A stretch of 54,398 nt of DNA, filler included, from Stramenopiles sp. TOSAG23-3 (Eukaryota), in assembly GCA_900128585.1 (NCBI GenBank). It is 4 parts of 4 records of this genome, joined end to end, with 100 filler letters (N's around TTAATTAATTAA, not from the genome) between each part and the next. Parts side by side here need not be neighbours in the genome. Positions count along the whole stretch, not along the records: positions 1 to 25,017 come from LT642294.1; positions 25,118 to 50,117 come from LT642295.1; 2 more parts are not named here. One strand, 5' to 3'. Positions within the stretch are counted from its first letter, which is position 1. Every line of letters begins with the position of its first letter. Position numbers and translations under genes: made by a program. The notes below the pieces were generated by a model that was not told the origin of the DNA, did no database searches, and worked only from the letters and a program-made list of their open reading frames with translations. This document shows, in pieces, positions 20,967-29,725 of the stretch.

Positions 20967-21326
20967 TTCCGTCTCTGCACCACCGCTTCGTTGGTTCCTC
21001 GGCAACTAAGTATGCTAAACCGCGCCCGTCCTTTCTCGGCCGTGCTCAATATAGACGTAGACGTGGGGGAACGTAAATGTGTCCGTGTGCGTCAAGTATC
21101 GATAAAATAAAGAGAAATGCAAAGAACGGGGCACTTGTTTTATTCTTTTAATTCGGTATAAAAACGATGTCCCCATGTGTCATTGTTAATTGTTATTTAA
21201 TATCTTGTACCCCTCCCCCTCCCATTATGTATAATATGTATACATATATATTTTGAGCTTTGATTGATTATTGAACAAATCAAAAAAAAAATGATAATAA
21301 TAATAATAATATAAAAATATGATGAT

Positions 21327-21615
21327 GAAGAAGAAGAAGAAGAAGAAGAAGAAGAGAAAAGAAGAAGAAGTATGTTCTCTTCTTCTTCTTTCTTCTTCTT
21401 TCATTCTTTCTTTCTTTCATTCTTTCTTTCATTCTTTCTTTCTATCTTTCTATCTTTCTTTCTTTCTTCTTCTTCTTCTTTCGTGGTGGTGTCATCCTTT
21501 AATAATAATAGATATTTTACATTAATTATCTCCCTCTTCTCTCTCTCCATTGAATTTTATTATTATAAAATATTTATTGAATCAATAAAAAAGAAGAAGA
21601 AGAAGAAGAAGAAAA
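21327..21615 (+). repeat. GAA / CTT / TCTT microsatellite-rich spacer
   Basis: Visible (GAA)n, (TTC)n and (TCTT)n runs. Confidence 0.85.
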
Positions 21616-22064
21616 GATATTTTGTTGCATTGTATTTTATTATTAATATTAATAATAGCTCCAATTTAAGGTACATTATGTTATTATATAGTTTTAAATG
21701 TTTATATCATTATATTTTACACATCATCATCATCTCTTCTTTTTTTATCACTCTTCTTCATCAATAATAATAATTAAAATATCTTTTTTTTTATATAGTA
21801 AAGCCTTAATTACATAATAGGGAGGGATGTCGAGCGAGAAGATAAAATGCCAAGTGGTGTTAGAAGATGCTCGCTCCGTCGCTCTGTTAGTTGAGACTTG
21901 TGGTGGAAGTTGTTAAGAAAAAAGGAGTGCAATATTATTAATAAATTAATTAAACATTTTTCATTAAAGTTGATTTTAAATGCAGTTACTTAATGCGCGC
22001 AGGAGTTAATATCTCTTCCAAGGTGAAGATCGGAAACAAATAATAGCACAATACATGCAAAATT

Positions 22065-22493
22065 CTAATGCGCTTCGCTGACGCTGGTCACCGACACCAT
22101 TTTGACCATGCAACGCAAAAATTTGTTTAACGACAATCCGCAAAATCGTTTGGGTTCTAAAAGGACTTCGCACAGACGCTGCAAGGTGAATGGTGGGCCG
22201 TGAAAAGACAACAATGCCGTTTGAAGTCTGTACAAGTTTTGTTCAACGGTGTCGCCATTGTACGTTTTGACCGAACTGTCACGCTCGTAATATTCTTTGG
22301 CCACCGCCACTACTTTCCCGGACAATAGGATTTTAAGACTATCCCACTCGTATTTCGAGGAGCCCGTTTTTGCGACGGTGCCAATCAGCGAGTTTAGTTT
22401 CGGAGGAAAAAATACCAAAGTCACGTTGCTGCAGTCATAGTTTTCACAATACTCCCTCACGGATTTCGCTTCTTCTGGGTCAGGCGCGCTCAT
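22065..22493 (-). CDS. PPP4R2: Protein phosphatase 4 regulatory subunit 2 core domain protein, 142 aa
   Basis: VAKTG...W..LK and FHGPPFTLQRLCEVLLEPKR...KFLRCMVKMVSVTS match the PPP4R2/Psy4 signature. Confidence 0.8.
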   Translation of the reverse strand: MSAPDPEEAKSVREYCENYDCSNVTLVFFPPKLNSLIGTVAKTGSSKYEWDSLKILLSGKVVAVAKEYYERDSSVKTYNGDTVEQNLYRLQTALLSFHGPPFTLQRLCEVLLEPKRFCGLSLNKFLRCMVKMVSVTSVSEAH

Positions 22494-23034
22494 AAAAATG
22501 ACGACGAACCAACACTACGACAGGGACCTCTACAATAGTATACGATCTATTCCGAACACTTTACAAAGTTGGCATACTATATACCCACGTTCAAAGACAA
22601 GGCTCCTAAAGAAAATAATGTATGGGATAGTAAATATGAATGCTTTCTTTTCCCGAACAGATTTATATCCTCGAATTTGTAAAGGAGAGAATAACGGATA
22701 GAAAAGACATACACATACAAACGAACAAACAAACAAACAGAGTTTGATCAATAGAGAGAGATAGAGATTCCACCATCAATCATCATCATCATCATCAAAC
22801 CAAACAAGAACGAAATGTAATGTAATACGGATCGGATGATCAATTATATTAAAAAAAGTCATTCTTTTTTTTATTAGTAGTAACAGAGCATCAGAGAGTT
22901 TCTCTACCTCGTATATCCTGTGCTGTGGTTATGCTGGACAATTGTTATAGTCTTGTAGTAGTAGAGGCCATAGGCAAGGAAATGCACTTGTTACAGCACA
23001 TTTTATAACCCAAAACATAATATTAATAGTAGAA

Positions 23035-23167
<133 letters not shown>

Positions 23168-23762
23168 ATAAAAACCAACAGCAACACCGATCAACAATTT
23201 TTGAATTTAAAAAAGCAAATCATTTTTTCTTGTTATTTGATCCCAAGGAGAGTATTAATATACAAATAGCATAGAAATATTATTTTATCCAATCACAACA
23301 ACACGTCACCACGATAAGATGCATGTGCTATGCTATTTGAGCCTTTTAATGCCTCCCTCCATCCCATCCCGTTGCAGTATTTTTAAAATAAACCTGGAAT
23401 TGTTAATAGTTATATAATATCTATATTAAAACAATTTATAAGTATTAAATATAAATCATATAGGTAATATTTTAGTGAACAATAGAATAGAAACGATAGT
23501 TAAATATTGCATACTTTTTATTATCAAAGATTTTTTGTTTGTTTGTTGTTGATGTTGAGAATCAATCTTGAGCGTTTGTTTTGCTATGATGTACTCGCAA
23601 GGTACCACCCATGCATTGTTTGTTGTTCCTTGGCATCTTCCGTAAAAACTTTTCAAAGATGTCGATAATAGGGAACGTTGCTTCTCATTCAACACTAACC
23701 ACGGCTTTATTTTAAAGTGTTGAGTACTTTCAGTAGTTAAAACCAAAGTTTGATACCTGAAA

Positions 23763-24455
23763 ATGGAGCTCTCGAAACTCATCACACTCCCTGCCCTGTG
23801 TTTGCTCTTTCTGACTTGCGTACAAGCAGGTTGCGAAAAAAAAATCCAGAAACACTTGTGCAATTCCATCTGTGGACAGTACCGACGACAACGGCCCATG
23901 CCGCTGATATTCCAGTCGTGCAAACTCGGCTGTGACTCTGCGCATCACCAAAAGCTGAACGCGAATTGCCACTCTGTGTGCTCCAGAACACAGACCCCAA
24001 GGCCAACGACCACGAACGCTTGCCACGCCGGCTGCTACGCGATGAGAGATAAGTTCCAAAGCTGCCAAGCGACAAAAGCGGCCGAATCCGTTGTGCAACA
24101 GGCGCCAGAGCCGGTTGTGACTGAAGAGGTGGCAGACGATGCGGCGGCGACGAATGCAGGAGACGATGCGGCGGCGAAAACAGCCGCAGAAGCGGCGGAA
24201 AAAGCAGCGAAAGAGGCAGCAGCAGCAGCTGCAGGGGAAGAACAGAAAGAGAAAAAGGCAGTTGCAGAGGCACAAGCTGCTGCGCAGGCAGCAGCAGAAC
24301 AGAAAATTATTTCAGACGCAGAAGCACTTGCGGCAGAGCAGAAAGCGATGGAAGAAGCCAACGCCCTCGCAGCAGAACATGCTGCAAACGTCGAGGCAGA
24401 AGCCCTTGCCGCAGCGGCAGCTGCTGCGAAACAAGAAGGCGCCGACGAAGTGTAA
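23763..24455 (+). CDS. Secreted Cys-rich protein with Ala/Glu-rich helical tail, 230 aa
   Basis: Signal-peptide-like N-terminus (LITLPALCLLFLTCVQAG), two C-x3-C...PxP-x5-C-x2-GC modules and an A/E/K-rich C-terminal half. Confidence 0.75.
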   Translation: MELSKLITLPALCLLFLTCVQAGCEKKIQKHLCNSICGQYRRQRPMPLIFQSCKLGCDSAHHQKLNANCHSVCSRTQTPRPTTTNACHAGCYAMRDKFQSCQATKAAESVVQQAPEPVVTEEVADDAAATNAGDDAAAKTAAEAAEKAAKEAAAAAAGEEQKEKKAVAEAQAAAQAAAEQKIISDAEALAAEQKAMEEANALAAEHAANVEAEALAAAAAAAKQEGADEV

Positions 24456-24825
24456 GCAACTCCCCAATCGCTCGATTTGAACGTTGTCGGGGTGGAACGG
24501 GTGTCACAATGGACAATGCGAAGGACAATAAATTTCTAAATTGAATCCTGCACATCACAATAACGCGGTTTAACATAAGGCTGTATGAGTTGTTCGTTCG
24601 AATCTCGGCCCCCACCCACAAAGCCTAGACCTTCCTTATAATTCTTACGGAGTAACACAAATACGATTATATTATAGATGTCAGGAATATTAACAAAGAT
24701 GTGATATTAAAGTGCACTGGTATCTTGATTTTGTACTCTTCGTGTATGTATACTTCGTACATTGTGTAAGAATTGCGAAAGTGTGATCGATGTAAACCGT
24801 ATATACGTATTATAAGACCAACACA

Positions 24826-24957
24826 GGCAAGTTCATGCGCTGCCCCATGCAGTGCTACGTCCCTTGGCGCGAAAAACCGTCGTGGGACCCATGTTATGGC
24901 GGCACTCTTTTCAAAAGGTACCGCCGTGTGTATCTTGTTGCGCCACTTAACCCTGCC
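24826..24957 (-). ncRNA. Candidate structured RNA element (unassigned)
   Basis: Nested complementary segments on the minus strand: GGCAGG/CUUGCC, UGGCGC/GCGCCA, GGCGGUAC/GUGCCGCC capped by CUUUUGAAAAG, and CUGC/GCAG. G-U wobbles favour the minus strand. Confidence 0.3.
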
Positions 24958-25017
24958 AAACCAAATCGGGACACGTAGCATGGTTCAGTTGTTGCTTGAA
25001 AGTTTGCTTACTCGTCG

Positions 25018-25117
25018 NNNNNNNNNNNNNNNNNNNNNNNNNNNNNNNNNNNNNNNNNNNNTTAATTAATTAANNNNNNNNNNNNNNNNNNNNNNNNNNN
25101 NNNNNNNNNNNNNNNNN
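25018..25117. other. Artificial contig linker (N44-TTAATTAATTAA-N44)
   Basis: Six-frame stop linker flanked by Ns, identical to 50118-50217 and 52259-52358. Confidence 0.97.
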
Positions 25118-25118
25118 C

Positions 25119-26645
25119 GACGACAATGATGCAAAAATAACGCTTTCGAGTATTAAGTTGAAGATCGCAGAATTCAGTAAAAAACTAAAAACGTTAAAAG
25201 GGCCGGAAAACAAAAAAGCTAGACTGACGCTAAACCGTGCAATTAAAAACATGAAGAAGCATGTGAAGAGAAGAAGACAGCTAAGATCGGGTCGTAAAAT
25301 AATCAGAAGACTAGGATATGATATACGGATACAGAGGAAGATTGCGAAACTAACGGAACAGCTGGAATTGTTGAAAAGGCAGGGCAAGACGAAGAGAGCT
25401 GGAGAAGTAGAGAGCAAACTGAGACAGCTAAAACAGATAGAGCTGAGAAACCCTTGGGAGGAAACGGAAATTTCGATACTGGTTCGAAAAAAAAAATATG
25501 CGAAATTTCGATATAAGGTTCGAAAACAAAAAGTTAAAAAGGACCTCAAGGACTTCCGAGCAAACGTGCAAAAGCAAGAGAAAGTCGTGAAAGTAAGGAA
25601 TGAGGGGATCAAAACCGAATTACAGAAAATGATTCAGAAAAAGATCCAGGGAAAGGGACAGAAAAAAAGGTTTTTATCTAAAAAAAAAAAAAAAGAACAG
25701 CCAATTTTCTTGTTTTTATCTAAGATATGCAAGGAGGGCCATTACTGCAACGACAAGGTGGAAAGACTCAGAAACTCTGAAAATGCAACTGAATTAGAAG
25801 AAGCCACCACTATTGTTGAGGGATTAATGATGAAAGCGGTGGACGCCGCGACCAGTGTGTCACAGGAGGTCAAATTTAAACAACTAATTAAGGGGAAATT
25901 AGTCTTCAAAGAGTCATTGCATAATTTACCCAAACACGTCTTTAAGTGTCAGGCGAAGTGGGAAGCGTTCGAGAAGAAACACTGCAAAGACGTGCTTGAC
26001 AAATGGGCAGGTCACGATACCTACGCAAAGAAGTTTTTTCGCCACGAAGTGAAAAAAACAAAGTTCAATAACAAAATCAGGGGGTGGGGACTTGCTGGAA
26101 GTGGACGGAAGCTGCTGCAAGCAACAGCGGAACATTCTCTTCTCGATGCTTGTTTGTCCATGTATGACGAACTTGACCAGAAACACCCGTCTTGCGTGTG
26201 CCCAGTTTTTCCCAGTGCAGGGACTTGCGGCGCACCACTCTCTTTGGACCTGTATAACAGCCAGGTCGTAAACGGGTTGGAGTTTAAAGGGACAACGGGG
26301 CACGGGAATGGCGACGACGCGGAGGTGGTCATATCAGAGAAGGAAAGGACGGGAAAGCGTTTTAAAGACTTCCACAGATGGGCAACGAAGACCCTTCAAA
26401 GCCAGGTCACCCTTGGTACGGACGGCATGATTCATTGGGAAGGGACCATTCCCAGCAAGATCGCGAAAACGCTTCGAGCCAGCTGCGACAATTTTGAATG
26501 GACAGCCAGGAAGTTCGGTGTCACTGTAAAATTTACTGGAATGACATTCGAGGTCGTCAGCGACGGTGACAGCGTGCAGAATCGACCAGGCGGCCGAAGA
26601 AGTTTGCTAACCACCCGTAACGGTGGCAAGCGATTAGCCTGTTGA
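25119..26645 (+). CDS. 5'-truncated hypothetical protein: Lys/Arg-rich coiled coil followed by a Cys-containing domain
   Basis: The frame is open from the contig edge (DDNDAKITLSSIKLKIAEF...) to TGA at 26645. Contains GRKLLQ and a terminal GGRRSLL...C motif. Confidence 0.65.
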   Translation, partial: DDNDAKITLSSIKLKIAEFSKKLKTLKGPENKKARLTLNRAIKNMKKHVKRRRQLRSGRKIIRRLGYDIRIQRKIAKLTEQLELLKRQGKTKRAGEVESKLRQLKQIELRNPWEETEISILVRKKKYAKFRYKVRKQKVKKDLKDFRANVQKQEKVVKVRNEGIKTELQKMIQKKIQGKGQKKRFLSKKKKKEQPIFLFLSKICKEGHYCNDKVERLRNSENATELEEATTIVEGLMMKAVDAATSVSQEVKFKQLIKGKLVFKESLHNLPKHVFKCQAKWEAFEKKHCKDVLDKWAGHDTYAKKFFRHEVKKTKFNNKIRGWGLAGSGRKLLQATAEHSLLDACLSMYDELDQKHPSCVCPVFPSAGTCGAPLSLDLYNSQVVNGLEFKGTTGHGNGDDAEVVISEKERTGKRFKDFHRWATKTLQSQVTLGTDGMIHWEGTIPSKIAKTLRASCDNFEWTARKFGVTVKFTGMTFEVVSDGDSVQNRPGGRRSLLTTRNGGKRLAC

Positions 26646-26925
26646 ACGGTGTGTGCAAAGTTGAAGCAACGTATACCAGATACACCGCGCCGAATTTGAT
26701 AGGGATATAAATTTATTTAATATACGATACACATTAATACAAGTACAATTATATTATTGAATAAAATCCGTTTTTTCCCTTTGCTGTAACACTGTAATTA
26801 TATATATAATAATACCATTGATTCAAAAAGCAGCAGAGGTTTAATAAAAAAGTGCAATAGAAGGTTCAGTGTCTGCGGACGTAAAGATTCGTTTACATAC
26901 ACATTTGAGAGAAAGACTGTCTAGA

Positions 26926-29205
26926 ATGCAAAGTGTAGGAATGGAAAAGTTGGCGGAAGCATGTTATACAAGACACCAAAGTCCCGCTTCTTTCCCCATA
27001 TTGTGCACTAACTACTGTTGGACGGCCTCTGGGATGTTTGAGCAGTTCCCCTTTTTGGAAGGCAAATACCTCGGGTACGCGTCTTACTTTGCCCTGATAT
27101 TTACTTTTGGGAGTTTGCTTCAGGCCTTGCTGGCGTCATGCTTTTGGTGCTGGGCGAGCAAACTGGGATACCGTCGCAAGGCGGACGCGAAAGAAATCGT
27201 GTTCGAGGAACTTTTAGGTCCCCCAGGTGCGGCCCTTTCTGGCGGGGAACGGAAGCGCCCGTCCGTCCTGGCAAGGGTTTGCGCGTACGACACAAACCCG
27301 AAAGTGCACGTAGGGCTGAACGCGATCATTGTGCTTCAATCGCTGGTCATGTTCATAATTGTTTCGCTACTGTCCTTTGGCGGCAGCGGCGACACGATGC
27401 TGTACTCGTTCCTGGCAACCGTGTCATGGTTGCTCATCGCCTGCACCGTGTACTACTTTGACGTGAAACGGGGGGTCCTGCTCTACCAAGCCTGCCAGTC
27501 CGTGGCGCTGGTCTTGGTAGTGTTTTGGGGGGTTGTTGCGCTGCTCCAGCTGCCCGCGTGGGACCACGTCGGGGCGGTCCTTTCGACGCTGTTGGTGTCT
27601 ACGCCCATGGTGGCATACGGTTTGTGCAGGTCCAAGGGCTCGACCGACGGCCTTGGGGAGATTGCAAAGAACCTAAGGGCCGGAAAATTTCGAAACCTTT
27701 GCTCGCGGCAGCAAGCGGCCGTTTGGAAAACTGCTGCTGCGAGCTTGACGGTCGCCCTATTCTCCGTGCTCCTCGTGGACAATTCGTGCATTGCATTTTT
27801 CAACCCAGGCATGCATGGAGTCCACGTCAGTGTTCTGAGCTGGAACTCTTGGTTCACGCGACTGTTTGACGGGGCGGCCTGCCCCAAAGGGTCCGACAAG
27901 CCCTGCCACCTGTACTTAACGCTCCCAGAGGACGGAAGCAGGAGCATGTTCATCAACATGCACACTGCGTGGGGCGAAGGCCCGGGTGCTTTAAGGGTCG
28001 AGTATTGGGTGAAAGGGAACAAACCGTCGCCACCGCTCAGCCAGGATTTCGTTCCGTACCAAATCGATTGGTTGGAAGCAAACGGGAAGCGGACGGTCCA
28101 TTCGACCCTGCTAACTAATTTAATGCCCGGGACAACGTACCAGTTCACCATCCCCTCGTACAAAGGGTCGTTCTCCTTCCGGACCCTGCACGACTCCACG
28201 GAGCCGGTCTCTTTCATGACAGGCGGGGATTCTGGCACTACGAAGGCGTTCCAGGACTTGCTTGAGGTCAGCGCACAGCCGCGGGGACGCCAGAAGAAAA
28301 CGATAGATTTCGTGCTGATCGGCGGCGACGTAAGCTACGGGAACAATCTCCCCGCGTGCTACAAATGCTGGGACGAATGGATTTCGTTGTACGAACGAAC
28401 GATGGTCCGCGGGGACGGGACCATGGTCCCGGTCAGTATGGCCGTCGGCAACCATGATGTGGGCTCCAACTCAGGGAGCAATGCCTTTTCGGGGATCTTT
28501 GTCCCGGAGAAAAAACTATTTTGGAAGGGGACCTTTGTTCCAATGTTTTTTGCGTTTTTTCCACAGCATGCTGCGGCTGACGACCCAAAATCCCCTCCGC
28601 CCATGCAGGAACGGCTTCCATACCACTACCACAAAGTAGGACAGTCGATGGCCATTTTTGTGCTGGACTCTGGCCATGTTGTGACGTACCACGAGCAGAG
28701 AACATGGGCCGAAGCGATATTGAAAAGCTTGCCTTCGGGCACTCTGAAATTCGCTTCGTACCACGTTCCAATCTACCCAAGCACTAGGGCTTGGGATTCC
28801 CCATACGACGACCGGCGTCAGCTTCGCCATGCACCAACAACGAGGCGAGTGGGAGCTGCCGCGGTGGGCCCTGTTCAGATTGGTCTGGAGTCATGGGTTC
28901 GCCCATTGTTCGACACGTACCACTTTGCCGCGGCCTTTGAAAACCACCAGCATACCTTTAAACGCACCCAGCCAATGACCGATTCGAAATTTAGTGACAC
29001 GGGAACGATCTACTTGGGTGATGGCAATTTGGGGATTCCTGGGGACCACCATCGGGTGCCAAACCCGTTGATAGCCAAAATGGCGGGCGTGAACCATGCA
29101 TGGCTCGTGGATACAGATTCAAAAACCTCCAATTTCACCGCAGTCTTGCCAGATGGCTCCGTCTTTGACTTCGTCTCCCGGCCCAGGCTGGTGGTGGGCA
29201 AATAA
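26926..29205 (+). CDS. Membrane-bound purple acid phosphatase-like metallophosphoesterase (multi-TM + FN3-like + calcineurin-like domain)
   Basis: Metal motifs GGDSG, GGDVSY, VGNHD, YHVPIYP and ENHQH; FN3-like HSTLLTNLMPGTTYQF; several hydrophobic segments in the first ~300 aa. The start ATG is uncertain. Confidence 0.82.
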   Translation: MQSVGMEKLAEACYTRHQSPASFPILCTNYCWTASGMFEQFPFLEGKYLGYASYFALIFTFGSLLQALLASCFWCWASKLGYRRKADAKEIVFEELLGPPGAALSGGERKRPSVLARVCAYDTNPKVHVGLNAIIVLQSLVMFIIVSLLSFGGSGDTMLYSFLATVSWLLIACTVYYFDVKRGVLLYQACQSVALVLVVFWGVVALLQLPAWDHVGAVLSTLLVSTPMVAYGLCRSKGSTDGLGEIAKNLRAGKFRNLCSRQQAAVWKTAAASLTVALFSVLLVDNSCIAFFNPGMHGVHVSVLSWNSWFTRLFDGAACPKGSDKPCHLYLTLPEDGSRSMFINMHTAWGEGPGALRVEYWVKGNKPSPPLSQDFVPYQIDWLEANGKRTVHSTLLTNLMPGTTYQFTIPSYKGSFSFRTLHDSTEPVSFMTGGDSGTTKAFQDLLEVSAQPRGRQKKTIDFVLIGGDVSYGNNLPACYKCWDEWISLYERTMVRGDGTMVPVSMAVGNHDVGSNSGSNAFSGIFVPEKKLFWKGTFVPMFFAFFPQHAAADDPKSPPPMQERLPYHYHKVGQSMAIFVLDSGHVVTYHEQRTWAEAILKSLPSGTLKFASYHVPIYPSTRAWDSPYDDRRQLRHAPTTRRVGAAAVGPVQIGLESWVRPLFDTYHFAAAFENHQHTFKRTQPMTDSKFSDTGTIYLGDGNLGIPGDHHRVPNPLIAKMAGVNHAWLVDTDSKTSNFTAVLPDGSVFDFVSRPRLVVGK

Positions 29206-29725
29206 ATAAAAACAGTTTCAGAAAAAATCCATGTATTATTATATTGCCTATTTAATAACTACAAAATAAAAGTACGTATTATTTTTTCGTGATTTTAGCA
29301 GATAGTTGAAGACATAGGTATTCAACAGACAGACAATACAAACAATTTGTACTCGTTTAAAGTTAAAAAATAATTCAAAATATATAAAACTTTCGTTAGT
29401 ATTTGATAAAACGTTGCGGACTTAGCTAATACAATAAATTAAAAATTAGTTGTCAACATATGAAGCCTGACAAAGAATCAATTTTATTAAGTTTACTCTA
29501 TGTTTCGTACGTTTTAAACGTCCGTCCGGAATTTTTTTGGAAGATCATCAAAACTAAGCGAAAGTTCAAGTAAGACTAAGAATGGAAATGCATTTGCTTT
29601 CACATTGTAAAAAGAGAAACGAATTCAATCCAATTCAGGTAATTCAAATAAAAGAATGTTTGGAAACGGAGTGCTCGTTACATTTGAACACCTACAACTG
29701 ATTATATTGGCATTGCAACGCTTTA

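Noticed and set aside
17486..21005. DDB1 (and ACOX at 35402-37652) as pseudogenes or split gene pairs
   Set aside because: Each has only one lesion, located in a long homopolymer, with otherwise intact conserved sequence.
24826..24957. SECIS, TPP riboswitch or snRNA identity for the structured island
   Set aside because: No AUGA/GA quartet in the right geometry, no CUGAGA TPP motif, and no U1/U2/U4/U5/U6 signature.
25062..25073. TTAATTAATTAA palindrome repeated three times (also 50162 and 52303)
   Set aside because: Always centred in N44 flanks: an artificial six-frame-stop linker, not a biological site.
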